Source: an uncultured Lachnoclostridium sp.
Lineage (GTDB): Bacteria; Bacillota; Clostridia; Lachnospirales; Lachnospiraceae
Reading direction: 5' to 3'
DNA: 64,000 nucleotides
Assembly: GCA_944381625.1 (NCBI GenBank)
Contig: CALWLW010000007.1
Coordinates: 1-64,000, forward strand
Below the pieces are notes generated by a model that did no database searches, was not told where the DNA came from, and saw only the letters and a program-made list of their open reading frames with translations. Positions 19,992 to 28,850 of this stretch are shown here, one piece after another (position 1 is the first letter of the stretch; each line of letters starts with the position of its first letter). A program made the position numbers and the translations under genes.

Positions 19992-20578
19992 AGATCATGG
20001 CAATCTCGGATGTGGAATCGCCCGCGCTGTGGGATTATTTCCAGCCGGAACGGCTGAAGGATATTGATGTGATTCTCTCCTGCGGGGATCTGGATCCACG
20101 GTACCTGTCATTTCTGGCCACCTTCTTCTCCGGTCCGGTTCTTTATGTCCACGGCAATCACGACAGCTGCTACGGAACCACGCCGCCGGAGGGCTGTATC
20201 TCCATTGAAGACCGGATCTACGAATACAAAGGCGTGCGGTTCCTGGGGCTGGGCGGTTCCATGCGCTACAAACCCGGCCCTTTCCAGTACACCCAGTTCG
20301 AGATGAACCTTCGAGTCTTAAAACTCTGGTTCCAGCTGAAGCGCCGGAAGGGCTTCGACGTACTGGTTACACATGCCCCGGCCTACGGGCTGGGAGACGG
20401 CAAAAACCTCACCCACACAGGGTTTAAGGCGTTCCTGACGCTGATGGAACGATATCATCCGCCGTTCTTCATCCATGGCCATATTCACCTGTCTTACAAC
20501 CCCACGGCCAGGAGAATGAACCAGTACGAACACACAACCGTGATCAACGCATATGAAAAATACGTCTTTGAGATCTGA
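19988..20578 (+). CDS. Metallophosphoesterase (calcineurin-like phosphoesterase)
   Basis: MKIMAISDVESP...ILSCGDLD...GNHD...HGHIH motif series. Its ATG overlaps the upstream stop by 4 bp, which suggests translational coupling. Confidence 0.7.
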   Translation: MKIMAISDVESPALWDYFQPERLKDIDVILSCGDLDPRYLSFLATFFSGPVLYVHGNHDSCYGTTPPEGCISIEDRIYEYKGVRFLGLGGSMRYKPGPFQYTQFEMNLRVLKLWFQLKRRKGFDVLVTHAPAYGLGDGKNLTHTGFKAFLTLMERYHPPFFIHGHIHLSYNPTARRMNQYEHTTVINAYEKYVFEI

Positions 20579-20591
20579 ACAGACGCAAAAA

Positions 20592-20628
20592 CGGGCCCGC
20601 TGACGCGGACCCGCATATTTTTTTATAA
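20592..20628. terminator. Bidirectional intrinsic terminator (serves metallophosphoesterase on + and SRP RNA on -)
   Basis: gggcccgc tgac gcggaccc hairpin followed by T7 on the plus strand and by TTTTTG on the minus strand. Confidence 0.55.
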
Positions 20629-20896
20629 TTCCGTGCATCCTGCTTTGAACAGCCGGCGCGGAACGTTACCTGCGCAGCCAGCTCAGCCCAGGCGCCCTCA
20701 CGGCACACAGGAGCTCCCGCTTAGTGCTGCTTTGTTCCCAACCTGACACGGTTCACAGGTTCCTGTTGCGTAAGACCCGGACATCGGCGCCGCTTACACA
20801 GGGCAGCTTCCGACCGGACAGCCCGAGGCAGGATATCACCCCTACTATGGCGGATTGTAGGTACAGGGCTCCGCCGCTTCCCCGGCTGCACGGAAA
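20629..20896 (-). ncRNA. ffs: Signal recognition particle RNA, large Bacillus/Clostridium type with Alu domain (scRNA/ffs)
   Basis: The minus strand reads GCCCUGUACCUACAAUCCGCC...GUGUCAGGUUGGGAACAAAGCAGCACUAAGCGGGAGCUCCUGUGUGCCGUGAGGGCGCCUGGGCUGAGCUGGCUGCGCAGGUAACG. This closely matches domain IV (GUCAGGUCCGGAAGGAAGCAGC) and the Alu region of B. subtilis scRNA. The 5' and 3' ends pair (CCGUGCAGCCGGGG with CCGGCUG...GCACGG). Confidence 0.8.
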
Positions 20897-20920
20897 TCTT
20901 ATGACAATATAAAAATAAAT

Positions 20921-20949
20921 GCCTGTACAGTATAGCCTCTTTTCACGGA
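20921..20949 (-). promoter_or_regulatory. Consensus sigma-A promoter for the SRP RNA (-35 TTGACA, 17-nt spacer, -10 TATACT)
   Basis: The minus strand reads TTGACAaatccgtgaaaagaggcTATACT, about 25-30 nt upstream of the mature SRP RNA 5' end. Confidence 0.6.
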
Positions 20950-21003
20950 TTTGTCAAATTATAAGTTTGGCGCGCCGCCGGCAGTCCTTTCGGGAGCCGC
21001 GGT

Positions 21004-24000
21004 TTACCATTTCAGCGACTTGATCCAGAAATCCAGCACCCCCAGGGGACTTTTGGGATTCAGGTAGGTCAGACCGGCAAAGGTGTATCCTGCCGTCTCC
21101 ACTTTTCCGTCGTCCCGGAGGCCGAAGGAAGCCAGCTCGCCGGCCAGGACGGAGGTCACATGGCTCCAGTCCCCGGTTTCCAGCTCTTTTACACTATTCG
21201 CGCCCGCGGCCACTACGGTTCCGTCGCTCTTCAGGCCCAGCACGTGTCCGTTGGACACGGACACATCCACGATATCCGTCCAGGCGCTCACGCTGCCACT
21301 TACGCCAGGATTATTGCCGGCGCAGGCCACCGTACCGTCTGTACGGATCCCCAGTGTCACCAGATTATAAGCAGTATCCACCTTGACGATCTGGCTCCAG
21401 TCCCAGTCCTCCGTCTGGGTGACCTGACCCATGGTGTTGGCTCCCATGACCAGAAACGTGCCGTCTTTTAACTTTACCGCATAGGTGCCGGAACGCCCCG
21501 TCACGCTTTCGGCCTGGTATTTGCCCTCAGGGCCGAACTGTTCCTCCAGCGCGTCGCTGATGGCTTTCCAGTTCCACACGTCTCCGCTGCCGGCCAGGCA
21601 GGCCCTGCCGTCGGCGCAGACGCCGTACACCAGTTCCGAGTCCTCGCTGCCGTCGGGGTGACTGGTAGCCAGGATCTGCACCACGTCCGTCCAGCCGTCC
21701 ACGCCGTAGCCTTCGTCCATGGGCGTGCCTGCCGCCGCCACCGTGCCGTCTTCTCTCAGTCCTACGATCCGGTGAGCCGATACGCTGATGGCTTTTATAC
21801 CGGTCCACTCCGCCGCTTCCTGCACGGCCGCATCCTCTTTCGCGGCCACCAGGACCCTGCCGTCGGCGGTAAGGCCCGCGCTGAACTCCATGCCTGTGCC
21901 CACATCGATCACGTTTTCCCAATCCGATACGTTGCACTGGCCGCCCTGGTTCCTGCCGTTGGCTTTCACGGTCCCATCCTCACGAAGTCCCAGCACATGA
22001 TAATAGCTGTTGGCCACTTTTGTGATATGGTTCCATCCAGAGGCGTAGAGCATATTGTTCAGGCAGGTGACCGCCACTGTCATCACGGCCAGGAACCCCA
22101 CGGCCTGAAGAAAGTAGGTCAGCGGGGGAATCAGCCGCTTTTCCGCCTGGATCCCTTTGTAATGGGCGGAATGGCTGACCTGATAAGACGGGATCTCCGG
22201 CCTGGGAAGTTTATATTTTCCGCAGACGGCGTCCATGGCCTTCCGGTAGGCGTCTCCCAGCCTTATTTCCATATTTATGACGGCGTCCGCCGCCTCCCGT
22301 TTGTGCCTGATGGCCTCGGCAGCATTCCTGGCCCGCACCATCATCATGGCCCGGTCCACGAAGAGCAGCGCCGCAGGAAGCAGAAGCAGCACCAGCTGGG
22401 AACTGCGGATCTGAATCCTGGTAATTTTATAGAGTACCACCGCGCCGATCAGGCCCCCAATCAGCACATAGCTGTTGGGAACCAGGCAATACACCCAGAG
22501 TACAATCAGAGCCAGCGATACTCCGAAGAAGATTCGGGAAATATTATAGTAGCCGCTGGTGTAATTCGTGCTGTACGCAATGTTGGTCAGCAGGAACTGA
22601 AAGGACAGCAGCATGGCCGTCAAGGACAGCCCCAGCAGAATCGCCCGCAGGCGGGAACCGCCCCGGTCCACCGGCTGGGCCAGCTCCGTGTGCTCGTAGG
22701 CATACTCCAGTTTTTCCTGCTCCGCAAACAGCGGCTCCGCCGCCGTATCCCGCCGCTCATAGGCCGCGCGCACCGCGTCCAGCTCCTGCTGGCGGCGGAT
22801 GCCCGTATGCCAGTCGTCCAGTTTCTGGAAACGGTCGTCAAAAGCGGGCAGATAGAGTTTCACCCGCTCCTCGGCCTGCTCCACGTCCGCGTTCTCCCCG
22901 ACATGATAATCTGTGAGATTTTTCGTGGCGCGCAAAAGAGCGTCCCATGCCGCGTCCCCGCAGAGCGCCGTCATGGTCCGGGTGTACGCCTCCGCCTGGC
23001 CTTTATCCGCGTGCTGGAGGGCCTGACGGTAGTGGTGGTCGACCTCCTCTGAAAGCGCCGGTTTTTTCAGGTTCTCCGTCATGGCGCATACCATACCCCA
23101 GTGGGCCCGGTATTCCTGACCGTCGCTTAGGACGGCTTTTTCGAACATCTTTTTCGCCTTGTTCCAGTCTCCCTTTTCCAGCGCCTCAGAGCCCTGGCGC
23201 AGAAGCTCCAGATTCTTTTTCACCAGCGCCGCCGAGCGGTTCTGCCGACCGAACATCCGGTTGATCTCTTCGGTCACCCGGTTCTGGAAATCGCTGCCCT
23301 CGCAGGGAATGGACTGGAGCGTCTGCAGCTCCAGCGGCAGATCCTCCGGCCGTATGCCCCGGAACACGGACAGCATCTTACGGCCCGCGTCCTGTCTGCG
23401 GTAGGCCAGGAATCGCCGCCAGACCGCCTGGAACCGGGCGTCCTCCCATCTGGTGCCGGGAGCCGCCGTCACGATCATGGCCTCGGCCTTCTCCGCCGCC
23501 GCCATCTCATAGAGGTTCAGATCCTGGCGGGGAACGCCGGAGAGCATGCCCGGATGGAAGATCCGGTAACCCATGTCCTCCAGGGCTTTGCCCACCTGCA
23601 CGGACAGCAGGAAATCCTCCGTCCCCTGAGACGCGGTGCAGTCGATATAAATATCCGGGGCCGTGAGAGTCCTGGAGATGGCCATGAGCTTCTGATGCTG
23701 GGCGTCGATCCTCCGGGCCATCCCTTCATAATAGCAGCGGGACGCCTGGGGCACATAGGACATCATCTTTTCATAGGCCGGGTCCTTCACAAAGGAGCCG
23801 TGCTCCACCCGGTGGAAGATCACGCCGCCGTAATCCAGGGCGTTCTCGGACAGTTCCACGCCATATTTGCTCAAAAGATAGCCCCAGTTGGCCTCCGGCT
23901 CCGCGCCGTCCACCTTCAGGATCCGACTGTAGTAATTCAGCGCCACGTCGTAGTTTCCCGCGTGCCTTGCGTCGGAAGCCAGCAGATAGAGGTTTTCCTT

Positions 24001-24117
24001 CTGGGCAAACTGATTGGGCAGCACGAACAGGGCCTGGCAGGCGGGGCAGGTGCTCACCTTCACTCCCTCCGCCGCCTCGATCCGCGCTCCGCACTGGGTG
24101 CATCTGTATATGCTCAT
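21004..24117 (-). CDS. Large membrane protein: N-terminal CxxC...CxxC zinc ribbon, divergent TIR-like domain, TPR-like helical repeats, about 5 TM helices, and C-terminal RCC1-like repeats (paralog 3 of 3)
   Basis: 1037 aa. Zinc ribbon CTQCG...CPAC. TIR-like block DIYIDCTASQGTEDF...GYRIF...AEAMIVTAAPGTRWEDARF. Five hydrophobic helices at about aa 480-700. The C-terminus has about 6 repeats of the RCC1 pattern (HVLGLREDGTV.A.G.N..GQ). Confidence 0.7.
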   Translation of the reverse strand: MSIYRCTQCGARIEAAEGVKVSTCPACQALFVLPNQFAQKENLYLLASDARHAGNYDVALNYYSRILKVDGAEPEANWGYLLSKYGVELSENALDYGGVIFHRVEHGSFVKDPAYEKMMSYVPQASRCYYEGMARRIDAQHQKLMAISRTLTAPDIYIDCTASQGTEDFLLSVQVGKALEDMGYRIFHPGMLSGVPRQDLNLYEMAAAEKAEAMIVTAAPGTRWEDARFQAVWRRFLAYRRQDAGRKMLSVFRGIRPEDLPLELQTLQSIPCEGSDFQNRVTEEINRMFGRQNRSAALVKKNLELLRQGSEALEKGDWNKAKKMFEKAVLSDGQEYRAHWGMVCAMTENLKKPALSEEVDHHYRQALQHADKGQAEAYTRTMTALCGDAAWDALLRATKNLTDYHVGENADVEQAEERVKLYLPAFDDRFQKLDDWHTGIRRQQELDAVRAAYERRDTAAEPLFAEQEKLEYAYEHTELAQPVDRGGSRLRAILLGLSLTAMLLSFQFLLTNIAYSTNYTSGYYNISRIFFGVSLALIVLWVYCLVPNSYVLIGGLIGAVVLYKITRIQIRSSQLVLLLLPAALLFVDRAMMMVRARNAAEAIRHKREAADAVINMEIRLGDAYRKAMDAVCGKYKLPRPEIPSYQVSHSAHYKGIQAEKRLIPPLTYFLQAVGFLAVMTVAVTCLNNMLYASGWNHITKVANSYYHVLGLREDGTVKANGRNQGGQCNVSDWENVIDVGTGMEFSAGLTADGRVLVAAKEDAAVQEAAEWTGIKAISVSAHRIVGLREDGTVAAAGTPMDEGYGVDGWTDVVQILATSHPDGSEDSELVYGVCADGRACLAGSGDVWNWKAISDALEEQFGPEGKYQAESVTGRSGTYAVKLKDGTFLVMGANTMGQVTQTEDWDWSQIVKVDTAYNLVTLGIRTDGTVACAGNNPGVSGSVSAWTDIVDVSVSNGHVLGLKSDGTVVAAGANSVKELETGDWSHVTSVLAGELASFGLRDDGKVETAGYTFAGLTYLNPKSPLGVLDFWIKSLKW

Positions 24118-24173
24118 GGTTTATTCCTCCTCCGTCTCATAGGGATAGGGCATGCCCACATCTTCCATATCTT

Positions 24174-26825
24174 TCATGGCGTTGCGCATACCAATGTCCG
24201 AATCGGTGGTTCCATAGTCTCCCCGGTCAGATGGGCCCCTCTCTCACTTTTAACATAGACCGTTTCCTCATCCGTAGCGGCTATGGCCGCAAAGTAGAAA
24301 TAGTCGGCGTCGATGCTCACCGTGGCTATCTTTCCGCACCCCCGGTAAACGGCCAGCACACCAGTGTCTCCAAGTCCTGACTCCACGCCGCTTTCCAGAA
24401 GCCGCCCATCCGAGGTCACGGCCAGCACGCCGTTGCCAGTCTCTCCCCTGCGCCATTTCGCGGCCAGGATCTTCTCCTCGTCCGTCCACATCAGCTCCGG
24501 CAGCTTCGACAGTTCCTCCCTGCTTTTGGCCGGCGGCACCAGAATCGCGTAGGCAATGTCGCTCCAGTCTCCGGGAATCTCCACCGAAGCGTCCGTGCAA
24601 TAAATACTGCCGTCGCTTCGCACGGCAATCACATCGCCGCCGCACACATCGAACACGGACACGTCGGAAGCCACCTGGCCCCGGCCCGTCACATACAGGC
24701 CGCCGTCCGCCGTAAGTCCCGCCGCGATCTGGTCGCTCACATGGATAGACACCAGGTTGCTCCATCCATCCACGCCGCCGAAGTCTCTGGCTCTGCCCAG
24801 CAGATAGGCCGTCCCGTCCCGGCGCACCACGCCTCCGGAGGCGCCGCTGTCAGACAGGGACACGGAAAGTACCTTGCCCTCTTCCAGCCCGAAGCTCTCG
24901 TCCATGCCGTAGCTGAGCAGATCGCCGTCCTCATTAACTGCAAGGAGTTTATTGGGCGCGCCGCAGAGGTAGCCCCGGTTAAAGGCCTGCCTCCACGCCT
25001 TCAAAAACGCCTCTTTATCGCCGCGTTCGTCGCTGCTGTACATGTTCCTCAGAGTCTCCCAGGCTTCATAGAGCCTGCCTTCCTCCAGGTACTGCACGCC
25101 TTCCTCTTCCAGATCCTCCAGCTTGCCCTGGGCCTCCGCCACATAGGCGGTCGTTCCCCGGATATCGGACACCGCATCCGCCCGCAGCCTCATATCGTCC
25201 AAAGCTGCCACCGCATTGCTGTAAGTAATCTGCTTCATAATCGCCTTACACTGTTCCGCCATCTGGGCGCTGTCCTTGTAGTCCTCCAGATCCCTGTACA
25301 GATCGTAAGCCTCCTGCCATTGGCTGTGGTTGAAGGCCGTGGTGGCTTCCTTGTACTGCTTCGCCGCCACGCCCGCCGGAGATTTGGTATAAGAAATATA
25401 GGCGATCAGCCCGGCCACGGCGATCACCGGAACGGCGATGAGAAAAGCCCGGATACGCATGGCCCGCTTTCTTTTTCTCCACTCCTCCATCTGCCGCTTC
25501 TGCTCCTCGGCCTTCAGAACCTCCTCTTCTTTCCGCCTCCGCTCTTCTTCCTGCTCGGCCTCCAGACGCTGACGCTCCTTTTCCTGCTCGGCATAGACGG
25601 ACGCCATCTCCCGCACCCGCTCCGCCACGTCCCGGTAGGTCTGCTGCTCCCGCTCGCTGGCGAAGGCCAGGGCGCTGCGGTAATTCCCTTCTTCCGTGAT
25701 CTCCCGGCCGCTTTCGATCAGCGCCTCCTCCGAAGGGCACTCCCGTTCACAGAGCAGGAGTCCCCAGTAGGCCTGGCTCTCGGTGGGGTTCTTCAGCAGA
25801 ATCTCCTCGTATTCCCCGGCCGCCGCCTTAAAGTCCCTTTTCTCCAGAGTCTGTCTGGCTTTCAGGAGCAGGTTGGCATAGGTGAAGCTGCCGTGGGTCC
25901 CCGCCTGCTCCTTCAGCGCGCCCCGGTAGTCGGCCAGGGCGTCCTCCACTGCCGTGCGCAGATCCGCTGCAAAGGAGGGCAGAGCCATATTCAGCCTCCG
26001 GTCGATACCGTCGAAATAGCTGTCGGGAATATCCTCGTATTCATCCAGGTTTTCAAAGGCAGTCACCAGAGACGGGATCTGTCCCTTCGCCGCCCGGACG
26101 GCTTTCTCCTTCCGGTACAGGAAACGCTCCGCGTTAAAATTCACCTCGTCCGTAAACGCCGAAGGCTCCGACGCCGCCAGCACCATCAGCTTCGCCGTGG
26201 AATACGCCCGGTAAAGAGCGATCTCCTGGGCTTCCCCTTGCGGCAGTTCCGGCTCCAGCGCCTGGCAGAACACCGACAGGTTCATGGATTCCAGGAGCTG
26301 ACGGATCTGGACGGCGCGGTTCAGGGAGACCAGGCTGTCCCCGGACACCTCCAGCCATACATCCACAGGGGGATGGGATTTAGCGTAGGCAATGACCTGC
26401 TCCTGGAGCCGGTGGATCCGCTGCGCCTCCGCCTGGTATTTCTCTTTCTGGGGGTCCTCCGCCAGAGACAACGCCTTCTTCACATCCGCATACTGCAGGA
26501 AATCTCCCTTCTCCGCCTGGTGGCAGATCAGGCGGTAGGTACCGTCCTCCAGCTTTTCATATTCCACTTCATAGACCGCCATGGCGCGCCGGAACCAGGC
26601 GTCCGCGCGGTCCGGGTGCGCCTTGACAATGTCTCCGTAGGCCTGGGCCGCGCCGGCGAAATCCCGCCTCTGCACCGCCTCCGCCGCAAAAAGATAACCA
26701 CTTTCCAGCTCTGTATAGCCCTGGGGCACCGTCACCACCTTTCCGCAGTTTTTACAGACGGCTTCCCGCTGGCCGTCCCCCAGCTCCAAAAGTCCGTTGC
26801 AGACCGGACAATCAATACGCAGCAT
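24174..26825 (-). CDS. Large membrane protein: N-terminal zinc ribbon, divergent TIR-like domain, TPR-like repeats, charged coiled coil, single TM helix, C-terminal RCC1-like repeats (paralog 2 of 3)
   Basis: 883 aa. Zinc ribbon CPVCNG...CKNCG. TIR-like block VDVWLEVSGDS...NLSVF...AKLMVLAAS...NFNAERF. E/R/K-rich coiled coil (EQEKERQRLEAEQEEERRRKEEEV). TM helix AFLIAVPVIAVAGLIAYI. RCC1-like repeats at the C-terminus. Confidence 0.7.
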   Translation of the reverse strand: MLRIDCPVCNGLLELGDGQREAVCKNCGKVVTVPQGYTELESGYLFAAEAVQRRDFAGAAQAYGDIVKAHPDRADAWFRRAMAVYEVEYEKLEDGTYRLICHQAEKGDFLQYADVKKALSLAEDPQKEKYQAEAQRIHRLQEQVIAYAKSHPPVDVWLEVSGDSLVSLNRAVQIRQLLESMNLSVFCQALEPELPQGEAQEIALYRAYSTAKLMVLAASEPSAFTDEVNFNAERFLYRKEKAVRAAKGQIPSLVTAFENLDEYEDIPDSYFDGIDRRLNMALPSFAADLRTAVEDALADYRGALKEQAGTHGSFTYANLLLKARQTLEKRDFKAAAGEYEEILLKNPTESQAYWGLLLCERECPSEEALIESGREITEEGNYRSALAFASEREQQTYRDVAERVREMASVYAEQEKERQRLEAEQEEERRRKEEEVLKAEEQKRQMEEWRKRKRAMRIRAFLIAVPVIAVAGLIAYISYTKSPAGVAAKQYKEATTAFNHSQWQEAYDLYRDLEDYKDSAQMAEQCKAIMKQITYSNAVAALDDMRLRADAVSDIRGTTAYVAEAQGKLEDLEEEGVQYLEEGRLYEAWETLRNMYSSDERGDKEAFLKAWRQAFNRGYLCGAPNKLLAVNEDGDLLSYGMDESFGLEEGKVLSVSLSDSGASGGVVRRDGTAYLLGRARDFGGVDGWSNLVSIHVSDQIAAGLTADGGLYVTGRGQVASDVSVFDVCGGDVIAVRSDGSIYCTDASVEIPGDWSDIAYAILVPPAKSREELSKLPELMWTDEEKILAAKWRRGETGNGVLAVTSDGRLLESGVESGLGDTGVLAVYRGCGKIATVSIDADYFYFAAIAATDEETVYVKSERGAHLTGETMEPPIRTLVCATP

Positions 26826-28850
26826 TTATATCCTCCCCCTCTCGCACGCTTCCAGCTCTGCCTCCAGCTCGTTTATGGCTCCCGCCACCTTTTCTTCCGC
26901 GGCCTTGTACCATACTTCCTGCTGTTTTCCAAAATCCGGGTAATACCGTCTGTACGGCTCCGCCGCCTGGTCAATGCCTGTTTTCAGCCCGGCCAGCAGG
27001 TCTTCTGACAGGGCGGGAAGGCTTCTTCTCTGGGCAGCCGCCCAGCCCCTGGTCCCGGAGAGCTTTTTCATCGCTCCGCCTTCCTTCGCGAAGCTGACTG
27101 CCCAGAAGACAACCGTCACAATCAGCGCCACAATCCCCGCAAGCTTCGCGTCCCCGCTCTCCAGGACGGTGATCAGCAGGGAATACCCCAGCATCATGAG
27201 GAACAGACGGATACCGTAGGTGACGCAGCCGGTATCCAGAATCATCAGATCATTCATGATCAGCCACAGAAGGACAAAGAATGCCAGTGTGGAAACCATA
27301 TTGACGATCCCCATCTCATACAGGAACCCTTCCACCAGAAGGGGAAGCGCCACGCCCAGGGTGAGGAAAAGCCCTATTTTCAGCAGAAGGTCTTTTCCCT
27401 GGGCTGATTCCCTGGTATCCATCCGGAGCACATTGTACTCCTGAGACTGCTTTAAGAGCTGCTGGTAATTTCCCGCCGCCGCCGAACTGCCCAGCGTTTT
27501 CAGGACGCCTTCCACCTTCCGGCCGCACTCGTCGCGCCTGGTCCTGCTTTCCGCCTCCCAGTCCTGATTCTCCCGGCAGGTTTTCGCGGTCTTATGTAAA
27601 TCTTTCTTTTGCTCCTCCGACGCGCAGGCCAGCGCTTTCTTAAAATTCTCATCCTCCTCGATGGGAGACGCATACCGGGCCAGCGCTTCTCTGCCGGGGA
27701 TTTCCCGCGCGCACATCAGAAGGCCCAGATAATTCTCCGGGTCGTTTTTACCTCCCGACTGGGTCAACGCCCGCCGGAACAGCTTCTCCGCTTCTTTGTA
27801 CTCCCCGTTTACCAGGCGCACCGTGGCCAGAATCCGCGTCTTCTCCGCGCTCTCCTTTAAATCTCCTTCCGAAGAGATCTCCCCGCGCGCCTGCCTTCCG
27901 CTCTCCCTCACCTGTCTGGTAATATGGGATACGTCTTCCGTCCCGCCGCTGGCAAAATGGCCGGCCACCAGATTTAAAAGCTCGCTCCTGGCGTTGGCGG
28001 AGGTATCCATCTCCACATACGCGTCCATCTGCCGCAGAGCCTCCGGCAGATCCTCATGCCCCATATGCTGGTACACCGGTATCAGGAGACGCTGTGTGCT
28101 TCCCTTTTCTTTCCTGTCCTGGGCGATCAGATCCGCGTAGCGGCTCCACTCGTTGCGCACCCAGACCGCGTCGTAATACTCTTTCCGGGAGGCGAAGGCC
28201 AGCATGACCCTGGCGCTCTGCAGCGCCGCGAAAATACGGGGCTCGTATTCTTCGCCCACTGTCAGGGATTCCTCCGCGAAGAACACCTGATAGCCCCGGC
28301 GGGTCAGCTCCCGGTAATAATCCGCCGCCATACGGCTGTCCGCCGTCCGCTTCTCTCCTTCCGCCGTCCGCTTGTAGCAGATGAACACATCCACCGGGAC
28401 CTCCTGCCCGGAGATGGACAGGCTCTTGGACTGGATATCGTCAATATATGAACTCTGTCTCAGATAGAACTCCCGGTCCAGGGAATTCCAGGCCAGATCA
28501 ATGGCTTTTTTCACGTACAGGTATTCGCTGAATTTCTGTGTGGACAGGCGGTGCAGAGTGGGAAGCAGGTCGGCCGTGGCCGGGTCTTCCACATATTCGA
28601 TGCCGTAAACGCTCAGCGCCATCCCCCAGCATACCGCCGCGTCCGACGGATTCTCGATCAGCAGTTCCTGGAATAATTCTATGGCCTCGTCAAACCGGCT
28701 CTCCCGCAGGAGCCCGGACGCTTTCTCATAAACGCCGCCCTGGACTTCCTCCCTGGGCATGGGGTTTTCCGCCATACAGCGGGTGCAGATCCCGATGCTT
28801 CCGCCCGGTTCCGCCAGTACCTCGCCTCCGCAGTGGATACATCTTACCAT
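26826..28850 (-). CDS. Membrane protein with N-terminal zinc ribbon, canonical TIR domain, TPR-like repeats and 4 C-terminal TM helices (paralog 1 of 3)
   Basis: 674 aa. Zinc ribbon CIHCGG...CTRC. The TIR block (aa ~152-290) is VDVFICYKRTAEGEKRTADSRMAADYYRELTRRGYQVFFAEESLTVGEEYEPRIFAALQSARVMLAFASRKEYYDAVWVRNEWSRY, with a conserved glutamate in the WxxxE position. Four hydrophobic helices near the C-terminus. Its stop abuts the paralog-2 start (26825/26826). Confidence 0.75.
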   Translation of the reverse strand: MVRCIHCGGEVLAEPGGSIGICTRCMAENPMPREEVQGGVYEKASGLLRESRFDEAIELFQELLIENPSDAAVCWGMALSVYGIEYVEDPATADLLPTLHRLSTQKFSEYLYVKKAIDLAWNSLDREFYLRQSSYIDDIQSKSLSISGQEVPVDVFICYKRTAEGEKRTADSRMAADYYRELTRRGYQVFFAEESLTVGEEYEPRIFAALQSARVMLAFASRKEYYDAVWVRNEWSRYADLIAQDRKEKGSTQRLLIPVYQHMGHEDLPEALRQMDAYVEMDTSANARSELLNLVAGHFASGGTEDVSHITRQVRESGRQARGEISSEGDLKESAEKTRILATVRLVNGEYKEAEKLFRRALTQSGGKNDPENYLGLLMCAREIPGREALARYASPIEEDENFKKALACASEEQKKDLHKTAKTCRENQDWEAESRTRRDECGRKVEGVLKTLGSSAAAGNYQQLLKQSQEYNVLRMDTRESAQGKDLLLKIGLFLTLGVALPLLVEGFLYEMGIVNMVSTLAFFVLLWLIMNDLMILDTGCVTYGIRLFLMMLGYSLLITVLESGDAKLAGIVALIVTVVFWAVSFAKEGGAMKKLSGTRGWAAAQRRSLPALSEDLLAGLKTGIDQAAEPYRRYYPDFGKQQEVWYKAAEEKVAGAINELEAELEACERGRI

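Noticed and set aside
20960-21003. GC-rich palindromic stretch (gccggcggcgcgcc) after the stop of TIR paralog 3
   Set aside because: It has no stable hairpin and no U-tract, so it is not convincing as a terminator.
21658-27008. Very long antisense ORFs (for example 24741-27008 +, 755 aa; 21658-23052 +, 464 aa; 25246-25740 -) opposite the TIR/RCC1 genes
   Set aside because: They have no RBS, and their predicted products are low-complexity and rich in R, G, P and H. They are fully embedded in well-supported genes on the other strand. They are best explained as a by-product of high GC and strong third-position bias.
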